In this document: piece after piece, positions 12,777 through 25,042 of the stretch
Layout: each line of letters opens with the position of its first letter
Numbering within the stretch: position 1 is the stretch's first letter
Assembly: GCA_013239625.1 (NCBI GenBank)
Contig: MU054323.1
Span: 4,256,214 to 4,320,213, forward strand
Source: Lama guanicoe
Lineage: Eukaryota
DNA length: 64,000 nucleotides
Direction of reading: 5' to 3'
Translations under genes and position numbers: made by a program
Notes under the pieces: model-generated
Seen by the model: the letters and a program-made list of their open reading frames with translations, nothing else
Databases searched by the model: none
What the model was told of the DNA's origin: nothing

Positions 12777-14323
12777 TATCTGTAGATTGCTTTGAGAGGG
12801 CATGAAACACAAAGTAAACTACAGATTCGATGCAGTCCTTACCAAAACTCCAGTGACATTTTTGCATTAATAGAAAGATCTACTCTAAAATTCTTATGGA
12901 ATCTCAAGGGACCCAGAATAGCCAGACCAATCTTGAAAAAGATTAAATTTGGAGGTTTTATATTTCCTGATTTCAAAGTGCATCATACAGCTATAGTAGT
13001 CAAAACAGTGTGTTACTGGCCTAAAGATAGACATAAGTCTGTAAGGTGAAGTCATCTTCAACAAGGGTGCTCAGCTCACTCAAAGGGGAGATCAGTCTCT
13101 TCAACAAAAAATGGTGTTGGAAAGGAAAGCTGGATATCCGTATCCAAAAGAATGAAATTGTACCCTTACCATACATTCTATACAAAAATTAACTCAAAAA
13201 GGATAAAAGACTTAAACATAAGATTTAAAACTTTAAAACTCCTGAAAGAAACAGGAAGAAAGCTTCATGACGTTGGGTTTCAAAATAATTTCTTGGACAT
13301 CATGCCAAAAGCACAGGCGACAAAAGCAAGATCAGACAAAGGGGCTACCTCAAACTTAAAAAAAACTTCCGTGCATCAAAGAACACAATCAATAGAGTGA
13401 AAAGGCAAACTGTGAATTAGAGAATTAACCAATAATATACCCTATAAGGGGCTAATATCCATAATGTATAAAGAAATCTTACAACTCAACAAGAACAACA
13501 AAAAACCCCAAATAACCTGATTAAAATGTGGGTGAAGGCCTTAAATAGACATTTCTCTAAAGACACACAAATGGCCAAAAAGCATATGAAAAGATGCTTA
13601 ACATCCCTAACTAGAGAAATGCGATTCGGAAACAAACTGAGATGCCACCTCACATCCATTAGGATGGTTACTCCCCCAAAACAAAACAAAACAAAAACCC
13701 AGCAAACAAGTGTTAGGATGTGGAGGAATTAGGAACTGTTAAACAACGTAAGATGGTGAAGCCAGGAAACAGTATGATAGTTCCTTAAGCAATTAAATGT
13801 AGAATTATCGTATTACCCAGCTCTTGTATGTCCGGGCATAAATAAAAGAATTGAAAGTATCTCAGGAGATGTTTGAATACTCATTTTCATAGCAGTATTA
13901 TTCATAGTAGCCAAGAGGTGAGAGCAAACTGAATGTCCGACAGATAAATGGACAAAGAAAATATTGTCGATACACACAGTAGAAGATTATTCAACCTTAA
14001 ACATGAAGGCAGTCCTGTCACATGCTACAACATGGATGAATTTAAAGATATTATGCTCAGTGAAATAAGCCAGTCACAAACAGACAAATTCTGTATGATT
14101 CCATTTGTAAAAAACACTTAGAACAGTCAAGTTCATAGAGACAGAAGGTAGAATGGTGGTTGCTAGGGCTCGGAGGAGAGGAGAATGGGGAGTTGTTATT
14201 TAATGAGTACAGGGTTCAAGTTTTATAAGATAAAAATATTCTGGAGATTGGTTATACAATCGTGTAAATATCCTTAACACTACTGAACTGTACACTTAAA
14301 ATGTTTAAGATGGTAAAAAAAAT
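12777..14323 (+). mobile_element. L1MB (L1MB2-like), 5'-truncated: ORF2 C-terminus and 3' UTR
   Basis: Decayed ORF2 peptides (LKFLWNLKGPRIARPILKK, YTKINSKRIKDLN, LNRHFSKDTQMAKKHMKRC); 3' UTR actactgaactgtacacttaaaatgtttaagatggtaaa. Confidence 0.9.
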
Positions 14324-14324
14324 T

Positions 14325-14450
14325 ACCATGCTCAGACCCCAAATTCAGAGAGAGCATTGTACTGGAGCCTCTGGGGCTGGAACCCAGTGGTGGTGCTTCT
14401 TCAAAGCCCCTTGGGTGCCTGAGGTGTCAAGAAAGGTTGAGGGCCACTGC
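14325..14450 (+). mobile_element. MER5A right part
   Basis: atgctcagacccc...ctggggctggaacccag...aaagccccttgggtg...aggttgagggccactg. Confidence 0.65.
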
Positions 14451-14499
14451 AGTGGAGGGATGGCTAGGGACCAGGCCTGCCGTCAGGGGTACAACCTCC

Positions 14500-14950
14500 G
14501 CGGGGATACGCAGCGTGTATGTAGAGCACCGTGAACTCTGTCCGCTGTGATAGGAGAGCTGAGAGTTCCAAAGTGTCAAGAAGATGCAGAAGGCACAGCC
14601 TTTGTTGCAGCGCGGGGTGAGTTTTCCTGCATGTGTGCCAGGCTTTGAAGAATCAGTAGGGGTTGACATGATGCCCGAGAAGGGAGAGGGTCTGCAGCTG
14701 TCACAGGAGGATGAAGATGGGTAAAATACCAGAAATGATGAGGAAGTGGAGGCCATCTAGTTTCACTGGAGTGTGTAAAGGGTGTGTGGTGTGGAGGCGG
14801 CGGTGGTAAAGAGTTACAGTTTCAAAGACAAGCTGATGCCAGCTTGTGGAGGGTCCTGAATGTCATGCTAAGAAGATTAGATATTATTCAGTAGACAATG
14901 GGGAGTCATCCCTTTTTTAGCCAGGGAGTGAAAAAAAGCTAAAACATCTG
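14500..14950 (-). mobile_element. L2 fragment
   Basis: ttgtggagggtcctgaatgtcatgctaagaagattagatattattcagtagacaatggggagtcat. Confidence 0.7.
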
Positions 14951-17900
14951 GGTGATTTAAAATCCAGGGATAAGAGCTATGTTGGAAGAAGATACATTTT
15001 ACTCTTCCTAAAATGACATATACCAACCAATACTTTTGAACTGCCTGTTCACATTTCACGCAGGTTTTCAGCACATGTTATTTCATTTTCCCCTGCCTGG
15101 TCCAGAGCCCTCTGTTTTCTCCAACTTGATGCCCCCTAGGCCCCAGTTCACCCAGCTGAGCACACAGGAGTCCCTTCATCCCGGTGCCTATCCAATGGGC
15201 CCAGTCACTTTACTAAGCTCAAACAACCTGCCTCCAAACAAGGTCTTTAAGGGAAGGGGCAATTCGTATTTAAAAGATTAGCGCTAAATATCATCCGCAG
15301 CAAAAACCACTTTGTAAGCACGGTTCTCTGCCCGGAGGCTGGAGCGAATGCTGCTGATCTTGAGCTGGACCGCTGGGGCCTCTGGGAGCAGCACGCAGCC
15401 ACTTGTGTTTGCTGCCTTCACAAGTGCCTGCTTGCTTTTTCTCAGAAAGCCTGGACAATTGTATTTTGCAGAATATTTTCAAATCTGCTCCTGGACCCTG
15501 ACATTTAGAAACAACTAACCTGCTTTGTTTGAGAAATGCATTTAAATAAATTAATGAAACCACTGCTCCGAATGAATCCTTTCAGGCTGCTTACAGAGAA
15601 ATTTTTGAAAGGGCAATATTATCACTGACAAAAACTGCAGCATCTGAGCAATCCAATATCCAGAAAGCTGAGCGGGGAGGCAGAACGTAATGACAGAGTT
15701 TTACCTATAGTAAAACCATTAAAGGTCGCCTACTGGAAGGACAGCTGAAATAGAATTTGTTTTCAAATTATAAGATTAAAGAACATTCCTCGAAGAAAGT
15801 ATTATTATACAATGTCAAAAAAGAGAGAGATTAAAATGGTTGGAAGATGCGATCACAGCTGAGATAAATTCTACATTCTCTGTGGTTTGCACACCCTGCA
15901 GTCTCTCCACCTCAGTGGACCGGGTGGGTTGGAGAAATTAGCAAGTGCTCCTCTCTCCGTACACATCTTTCCCCACAGAGAGTTCTTTTCCCCTCTGGTC
16001 TTACTGAAAACACACTTGCTTACCAGGGAAAGCAGGCGTGGAGGGTTTCTTTGTTAATGGTGCCCATTGGAGAGGACAACATTAAAAATTCCTTAAAATG
16101 AAAGGGGCAATTTTGAGTTTCCAAGTCATTAGGCAGGTTTATGACTTGTCCATTTGCAAGGGAGCTGATGGGACTCTCCACACAGCCATTTCACGTAAAA
16201 TTGGCTCACCTCACACTTGGGCTTTGCTCAGTTTCCCTCCCCTCTAGTTCCCAATGCTCCTCTGGTCTAGACTGAGGATCCCTTTGGGGAGGACATGGGA
16301 AAGCCCATCCTGCCTTCTCTGTTGCACCATTTTGCTTAAAATGCTGTAGCACATTAATAAGGGTGTACAGGACTCTTTGAAATAAGCAAGTGAAATCAAA
16401 TACAAACCTGCTCTATTACTACTGTCAATTCTAAAATGTGTATCATGCATAAGTTCTTACAAATACTGGCTAAGAATACTAGCTACAGAAGGAAATTATG
16501 CAGGTGCTTTCTGCATTTTAAAAATATTTGAATACACTCCTTGACAACGAATTTTCTCTTTACCTAAGACTTTCTGTAGTGGACACGATTTGTTCAAACT
16601 TAAACAACACAGATTGGCAGGAGCTAGGAAGATTATGCAATTTGACTGTTTATAATGTAATCAATAATAGTGTGCTATTCTGAGCACATAAAAATAGAAG
16701 GTTTCTAAATATATTGTCAAGCTAATTATCGAATCCTTCCTTATTCAAAATGTCTACTCCAGACGGAAATGTCAACTCAGGGGTCGCGGAGCATCCTTTG
16801 TGCTGCTTTGCCTTCCTGTGCCTGTCCAGCTTCCTGTCACCCTTTGCCATTTCTCAAACGTTAGCTCTCTCTGAAGTTGGCCCATGCCACCTCCTGCCTC
16901 AATGCCTGTGGGGTGAGTGGGGAATTATGGAGAGCTCCTGCAGAGTTGAGGCCAGAGTCAAGCTGTCTGGGGGCTAGAAGCTGGTTGGCATGGTCCTGAC
17001 CCAAGAATGGCTGGTTATCTTACTTTTGTTTCCACTGTCTTGGCTGGAAAGACCACGGTGTTAGTGACAGCACAACAGAGCTCCCCTGCTGTGGGGACCA
17101 ATACCCCACCATGTGTTTTGCACCCCCATCAGTGGGGCAAGAACCATTGCTATTGTGCTGTCCCAGTGAGTCAGGGGCACCTCCAGGAAGAAATCATCAG
17201 CTCTCCTCCCCACCCACAAAACGGAAAGAATTTAATTTGAATTAAGCATCAAGCAATTACTTTTCTGAGAACCTTGGGATGTGTACAGCTGGGTATCTCA
17301 GCATCAAACTCCAATGCCAGAGACAAAGTGAAGGCATCTTTTGATGTCACCCTAGTCTGTTCTGTTTCCTTTAACGTCTCTTTTGGTTTCAATCTCATCC
17401 AAAGTGGATCTTGGAGTTCCAGCTCCCTCGTTAGGAAATGTGTCCTGTGTTATGGAGCTACTAGTTAACAGACAGAACTTTGATATCTATGTTACTTTAC
17501 CCAGGTCAGAGGTCAGAGGTGAGGCTTAGTATATCATTATACTTTGTTTTTCTTTGTCTGAATTTAGAACCAATTTAAAAAATAGATGGGAGAATTGGAG
17601 AGAGAGAGATTAAAATGACAATCTTACTCATCATAAATCTGAATTTGAGAATGTGGGTTAGATAGGGAGTTACAAATTGTACCTTCTGGTATTTTCCTTC
17701 AAGAACAGACTTTGCATCTACCCATATCATGGAGAGTCTGGACATGTCAAATAGATGCTTTCATCTGGATTTCCTGCCTCACATCTGTCAAGCTGCTGTA
17801 GTAGGGAAGAAGGTGAGATACCTGTGGTCCTGGGTTCTTAACCTCTGGCCCTCCAACTAGGGGCAGAAATAGAACAGAATGCATCCATTCTGTGGTAGGG

Positions 17901-18079
17901 CAGTAAAGACTGGTGGTGAGCAGGGGAGAGAGGGAGAGGGTTCTGAGACATTTACATTCAGCTGGGTACATGTTGATGATTTAATACATGCATGTTAACT
18001 AGAAAAGGTAATGACAGTGAATGACGTTTTGATGAGTTTTCGAAACAGTGGAGAAACTTTGGATAGAAGTACGAAGAAT

Positions 18080-19740
18080 AACTTTCAAGCCAGTAGGATT
18101 TAAAGAGTGGCATAAGAATAGGAAAAATTTGATTGATTTGACAGAACAAAAATGCTTAAAAAGTAAAGAAAAATGTTACTTTTGAGAAAAAAGAATTTCA
18201 AGTAGAAAGCAGTAATGATGGTAAGGAGGGCACTTCATCACTAGAAAGGAATATCCCTGAGAAGTAAATAGACAACAGTTACAGGGACTTATCAACGTCA
18301 CTTTCAATCACATAAAGGAAATAAAAATTTAGAGCAGATTTAGGAAATTCAGAATAACATGAATACCAAGCTTGATTTCACAGATACAATAGACAAACCT
18401 AGAGAATATGCATTCTTATCAAGACACAGAACATTCATTAAAATTAATGATGCATTAGGTAACAGAGGAAGTTAAAAAAAACTTGAAATTATGTGCAAAC
18501 AGACTGATAAAGATCTTGTTGCTGGGACTTGCACTACCAAGTATTAACTCTTTATAAAGCTATGGTAATTAAAACAGTGTCCTATTGGCACAAGGAAAAG
18601 CAAATAGATGACTGGAACAGAATGGAGAGTCCAGAAAAAGACTGAAACTGCTAAGGGATTTGGTAGATGACAGACGAGCACTTACAAATCAGTGGGGAAT
18701 GATCTGGGGTTGGAACAATTGGCTTTCCACATTATAATAAAAATAAACTAGATTTCTGTCTCTTTTAAACAAAGTAAAATTCAAGTAATCTGTAAAAGAT
18801 GACTTTAAAATTCTTAGAGGAATTTTATATGAACATCTCAGTGACCTTGGGGGATGAAAATGATTTCTTAAGCAAAACTTCACATACACAAGTTACAGAG
18901 AGAAATATTGATATATTTGACTCAAAATTGATAACTTCTACATGACCAAAGATGCCACGAATAGTGTCATTGTGAAATGACAGGTTAGGAGAAGATGTTG
19001 GTCACACATGTAATTGACCATTTAGAATGTATTAAAAAAACTACAAGTCACTAAGTAAAAGACAAACAACCTAATAAATATGGGCAAAGGATAAAAACAG
19101 GTGATGCATGAAAGAGGAAAGCTGAATAAGGAAAGACTGAATAATCTGGCTGGTAGTCAGATAAATATAAATTAAAACAACAAAGTACCTTTTTAAATAA
19201 TGAGCAAAGATTTTTTAAAAAGTGACAATCCAAGTGTTGGTGTGTATGTGGGGGTAGGAGGACCTCCTTGCACTACCAGGGGAGCATACGTGGTAAAACC
19301 ACTCTGGAGAGACAGTTGACATTTTCTAGTGCATTTGACAACACACACACCTTGTGAACTCACAGTATGGCTTCTGGCTACGTACCCAAAGAAGTTCTTG
19401 CACATGTGAAGTAGGAGCATACATAAAGATGCTTACTATATCATTGCTTGAGTAGTGAAGAACTGAAGGCAAATGAATGGCCTATAAATCAAAGGTAGCA
19501 TGTTCTTAGAATGGAATACTCCATCTGTCTGCCTGTCTTTAGAGGCTCAAAACCTTAATTTTGAGTGAGAACAACAGTTGCACAAGGATAGGTACAGTAT
19601 GATAACATGTAACTAAGTCTTTGAAATACACATAAATGTTACTGTATGTTGTCTTATGGGCACAGCTTTAAGTAGAAAAAGTATAAAATTATGACCTTGG
19701 CATAATACTCAGGGAGGTCATAAAAGAAGTTGCCTATTTT
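18080..19740 (+). mobile_element. Ancient L1ME-like LINE-1: endonuclease part, ORF2 C-terminus and 3' UTR
   Basis: gaatatgcattcttatcaagacacagaacattcattaaaat (endonuclease region); tataaagctatggtaattaaaacagtgtcctattggcacaagga...gaacagaatggagagtccagaaa (ORF2 end); ME-type 3' UTR. Confidence 0.8.
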
Positions 19741-20397
19741 TTAAAATAAAAAAAATATGAAAAAGATGAAATCCAATTAATAGGCCTAGTCCATGGCTAG
19801 ACACATGCTGACACTTAATAATAATTATTATTCCACACAAAGATGGTAAAGGAGTCAGTTTGTTAGGATTTGATGTAGGTATGAGGAAGAAGTAAAGATT
19901 CATCAGGTACCTAAGACAATCACCTTTGGCATGGACTCCTAGGTCTTTTTTCTCTCTTGCTCTGAGGGAAAAAAAATGTTTTTAAGTTAAATTCAGTTTC
20001 AATTGCAAGCAGATTTTGATGTAAGAGAGATAGTGGGACATTATTGCACTTTTTTTTTATTATTAGCAAAGCCTTTTCATATTTTTTCACCGCATCTCTA
20101 GACTTCTGATGAAGTATCATTGCCTAGGTTTTGGTCATGTTGGCAAAAAAATAAAGCTTCTTGTTAAATTCTGAAACATGCCCAGAGCCTGACAGAATGT
20201 TCTCTGGGGGCAAGATTCTTCTTTTGCTAGATCATGCAGGATCGTCCACAAATGTGAAGTGCATCGCCAGTTTATCTTACAGGCTGCTCATGAAAGTGCA
20301 TTCAAATTTATGAATTCTGCTGCCACAGATTCTTTGAGGGCTGGAAGAAGAATCCTGTTCCCACAGATTGCCAGGTGCAATATGCTCGCAGAGATCA

Positions 20398-20566
20398 TCT
20401 GGTTCTCCAGTCAAAGTTCAGCCCGTGGTCCAGCAGCAGTGGCATCACCTGGGAGATTGTTAGAAATGCATGGCCTCAGATCCTGCTTCGAAACAACTGC
20501 GTTAGAGTCTGAGTTTTACAAGGTCCCCAGGTGATTTGTATACACACTGAAGTTTGATAAGCACTG
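20398..20566 (-). mobile_element. MER5B/MER5A-type Charlie MITE, followed at about 20575 by the start of a second MER5
   Basis: cagcagcagtggcatcacctgggagattgttagaaatgca...aaggtccccaggtgatttgtatacacactgaagtttgataagcactg; then cagtggtttccaaacctgg. Confidence 0.8.
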
Positions 20567-20684
20567 ATCTAGTTCAGTGGTTTCCAAACCTGGCAGTAAA
20601 TTACCCTCTGAACACACACTTCCATGTGCCTCACTTCCATAAACTCACATTCTTTGGTAAGTCTGTTATGAGTCCAGGAATTTC

Positions 20685-22620
20685 TGTTTATTAGTTTTGA
20701 AATAATTTCAAAGTTACAAAATAGCTTCAAAAATATTAAAAGCACTCTTCCCCTGGTACACATGTGGGGTTATTTGAGAATAAATTGCTGACATACAGCC
20801 CCATCAATCCTGGGAAACTTCAGTGTATATTTCCTTCAATTGATGACATTCTTCTCTGTAACAATACAGTCATCAAAATGAGGACATTAACACTGATTTA
20901 TTACTAATACCTAACCATCTGACACCACTTGAGCATTGCTAATTCTTACTGTAAGGTCCTTTATGGGAAAAGCATCCAATCCAGGATGATGAGTCACGTT
21001 TAATTGTCAACTCTTTTAGTCTCCTTCCATCTGGAACAGCTCTTTAGGCTTTCCATAACTTTAATGGCCTCGACACAGGCCAATTTGTAGAATGTCCCTC
21101 AGTATGGATTTGTCTGAAGTTTCTCCATGATTAGATTCACTTTACTCATTTTTACCCTCAGAAATGTCACATAAGGGATGCTGTGTTCTTCTCATCGCAT
21201 TTTATCGGATGGCATATGATTTCAGTTTGCCTTACTACTGGTGATATTAACCGTGGTCTCTGACTAAGGTCATGGCTGCCAGGTTTTTCCCCTGTAAAAT
21301 TATTCTTCTTCCCTTTATATCAATAAATATTTTGAGGAGAGGTACTTTGGAGCTATCTCAAAGCTCATCAGACTTTTGCATATTAGTTTTTGTGTCCATT
21401 GATATTTCTTGGCTGAATTAATTAATGCTGTATGGTTGCTGTATGGTGATTTTCAAACCCCACCATTCCTTCTATATTTATCAGTTGGCATTCCATTGCA
21501 ACAAAAAACTTTCTCTTCTCTCCCTTTATTAACCTATATCAGGATGGTCTCATGAATTTCTATTTTATTGACTGGGTTATAGTTTGTTACTATTTTTATT
21601 TATTTTGATACTTATATTGTCTCGGGTTTGGGCAGAAGGAGCCCCTTTGAGCTGGCTCTGGGGCCCTTTTGATATGTTCTTATTATTCATTCTGCATCTC
21701 ATTATTTTCTAGCACAAAAGGATGCTTCAGTGTCGTCTTGTACTTTCTCTGCCCCAGCCCTAAACTCAGCTGTTTCTCCAAGGGGTTGTGGTTTCTTTCA
21801 GTGGAGGATGGTGTTTAGGTACCAGAATCTCAGTGCTAGGTGTGTTCAATGTTTTTGGGTGTCACTGCTGCCAGTTCTCAGTGGGTAGAGCTAGGGAATA
21901 TATGCATGTATATACACACATGTACACTAATGTATCTATCTGTCTGATTCAATATATCTATATACTGAAAACCATGAATTCATATCTCAAACTCCACTTC
22001 TGGGTTAATATATATATATTTTTCCCCATATTTGTAATTTCTTTCCCCAACTATGAGAAGACTTCATATACTTATATATTTGAAAAATTCTCCCATGTTG
22101 CAACCAATACCCTGTCACTAGCACCATTCTTCCATCCCTCGCCTCACTCCAGAAGCTCCTCCTGCCTCTCTGGGGCTTCCGCCCCTCATACCAGGCTGCT
22201 ACCATTGCCTTTCTTCTGCATCGATGCCCTTCGTATTGTGCTCCTACGGTTCGTGCTGAGCTGCTGTCGCTGCCCTTCTGCCCTGGACAGACACCTTTCT
22301 CACCCAGCCGGGCTCTCATACCCCTTGCCAAGCTGTGCAGAAGCTTTCCTCAGCCTGTTTGGGCTCTAACAACAAATGCCATTATTACCTCCTGCTCTGC
22401 TCCTCGCCTTGCTGGGGCTCTGGCTCTGACACCCCACACAGGGATGCCGCTGCCGCTGGTTTCCCTGCTCAGGGATCCTCTTTGCCCCGCTTAGACTCTG
22501 ACATTGGGCTGTCTCCACCTCCACACCTCATCACCCTCTCTGTGCCAATACCTCCTCTCTCTGCTTGGTCTCAGCTAGTTCTTGTCTGATCATGCACCCT
22601 CACCTTAGCATGAGGGTCCA
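20685..22620 (-). mobile_element. L1MC4/L1MC5-like 3' UTR, including a GC-rich tandem-repeat region
   Basis: ttttgaaataatttcaaagttacaaaa...tagaatgtccctcagtatggatttgtctga...ggatggtgtttaggtaccagaatctcagtgctaggtgtgttca; repeated ggctct(gacacccc) units at 22170-22510. Confidence 0.8.
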
Positions 22621-22649
22621 CATTGCTTGGCCCCACTTAGATTCCCTAT

Positions 22650-23240
22650 TTTTTAAACAAACTCTCTGAAAGATTCTTATGAGCAAACCCAACAGTGAAC
22701 TCACAGTGGCATGTTGGTAGTTCAGCCTTTACCCATTGCCATGATTATCTGCATTGTGCCTAAAATTCTCTTTGCTGTCTCTTGCCCAGATTATTTTGCC
22801 AGTGGAAGCCCACTTGATTCCCTTACTGAAAAGATCTTTTAGATCTGAAGGTTTATTCCTTCTCATTTCCACCCCTTGTTCCTTGGGCTACTTACTTCAG
22901 GCAAAGAACAAATTTGAATATATAAAGACAGTCATCACGTTTCTCTCCAAATCTTCTCCTTTATAGTCCCCACATTTCTAGATCCATCACCATTTTCTTA
23001 TATGTTGCAGTTTTTATATTCTTTAATATTTTGATTATTTTTGTTGGGAATGTTCTAGGTTACTAATATTATTTAAAAATGTAACTACTGGCATAGTGAC
23101 CTCTCCTCCTTTAACTTGAAATATATACCTCTATTAATTCAGCCCATGACCCATATAATTTTCCAGTTCATATATCAGGCAGACAGCTCACATTGAGCTG
23201 GTTGTTCTCTAACAGTTGTAGGTCTTTTCCTCATAAACCT
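22650..23240 (-). mobile_element. L3/CR1 LINE fragment
   Basis: ctattaattcagcccatgacc...ctcacattgagctggttgttctctaacagttgtaggtcttttc resembles the antisense of the L3 RT 3' region. Confidence 0.6.
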
Positions 23241-23909
23241 CTTTATTTTATTAAAGAGAAGAGAAATTCTTATAGAATTCAAAGTGAGTTGGTCCCAATG
23301 TACAAACAAGATTACAGGGGAAATATTTTAAATTACTGGCTTGTTTTTAAGGTATTCTAAAACTGTTCATGTACTTACCAAAAATATTGTCAATTTATTA
23401 TGAAATCCATAAAACAACCAAGCTTTTCAGAGTTCCCTTAATTATAGATTAATTGTCACCCACTTCCCACAGATCTACATTAAAAAGATGAATCTCCATA
23501 TTAACTTATATTGGATCCATGATTTAGCAATAAATAACTTAGTTCAAATAAATTCTTAGGCATAACCCCAACATATAAAATCTATAAAAGTGGATCCGCC
23601 CTTGATGTGACTTGTAACCATCTTAGCTTTTTCCTTGTCTCCTGAAGTGTTTCCCGGGGTCTCCACAGAATATAGAAGATGCACTAGATGGATTATCAGG
23701 GAGCTTCAAAATGTATTGAACAGACATTTTGCCACAAATAGCTGCTCTGAAAGTGCAGCTTCCATTACTAGCCTAATAGGTCCCCTGTTGGAGTGCTAGG
23801 AAATGTATTTATTAAACTCTAAGCCCAGCTACTGTGAGGATAAATTGGTTGTTCCTTAATAGAAAGGTGATGATTGGAATAAGTCATTGAGAGATGTCAC
23901 AGAGATCGG

Positions 23910-23956
23910 CCATTCATCTGTCCATCCGTCTATCCATCCATCCATCCATCCATCCA
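23910..23956. repeat. (TCCA)n microsatellite
   Basis: ccatccatccatccatccatcca. Confidence 0.9.
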
Positions 23957-24919
23957 AATTGTTAAAAGGAGTCAAGATCCCTAACTGGTCGTAGAACAAA
24001 TGTCTAAATGTCTTAAAGGACTGTCATCAGCCATGTTCATTGGTTTATTATTCTCAAGTGTCTCATGGACGGTAGATGCCATCACATTCCATGTGCTTTC
24101 CTGTCATGATGTCAGATCGGGCTTTCTTGAGGGTCCTTCACTTTGGGTGAGAGACAGGATATTGCCTAGTTTCACCGAGGCTGCAGTCACCTTTGGTCTT
24201 ACATGTTCATGCAGGCTCTCTGACTCAAAGGTAAAGTCTACTCTGGTTTTCATCCCTTCATTCATTCTTAGGAATGTGGTGGTTTACATGATGATTGTAA
24301 ACATGTTAGTGGATATTCATGCCAAGCTTCTATAGCAGGGAGTTAATAAGGGAGGGGGGGACTAGCATGTATTAAACAACCGCTCTGTGTTGGACGGTGT
24401 GCTGGGTGTCTCCGTGCTTTGTTCCCTGCTTCTCTCCTGCGTGGTGCTTTCTCATTTCTCAGCCCTGGCTTCAGGGTCCTTCGTGACCTCTTGAGCTAAC
24501 TGGTGTCTTGCCTGCTGTTTTCTAAATTCTGGCCTGGTGTATTGTGTTGTAATTTTATAGTGATCTGCTTATTATCTCTTATTCCCATAGGATGTAAGTT
24601 ATTTGAAGGTGGTGATGATGCCTATTGGTTTGTGGATTTATTCAACTATGGGTAGCAGCCTGCTTTCTTTCACAGGGGTGTCGGGGCCTGAGAGGAGCTA
24701 GTAATGGAAAGTTCCTGCAGCTGTGTGTGACGCTTAATAAGTGCGTATTCCCACTACTCTTCTACAGTTTCTTCAGCTGCGATAACAGCTACTATTCTCA
24801 CTATGACTATTACCAGTACTTACTTGCTGGAGTATGCGCCAGCATAGAATGGATGCTCAATATGTTCTGTTTGAATGAATGAAGGCCCAGTCCTCAGAGT
24901 CATTGTATGAAGTCATATT

Positions 24920-25042
24920 AAGAGAGGCCCAGATGAGGCCCAGAGAGGGAAATACGCTGCCTGAGTCTTCCCAGTAATAAAACTGGGTCTGGGACTCATC
25001 CCCATCTGACCCCAGTGTGAGTGCGATTTTAACCGTATCCAC
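24920..25042 (-). mobile_element. MIR fragment, downstream of an L2 tail at about 24830-24882
   Basis: atgaggcccagagagggaaatacgctgcctgag...ctgggactcatccccatctgacccca. Confidence 0.65.

Noticed and set aside
12792..13732. L1 ORF2-like peptides
   Set aside because: Frameshifted fragments of a dead L1MB, not a gene
21788..22369. Longest ORF in the track (193 aa)
   Set aside because: Antisense to an L1MC 3' UTR and its tandem repeat, GTG start, low-complexity composition, no recognisable domain
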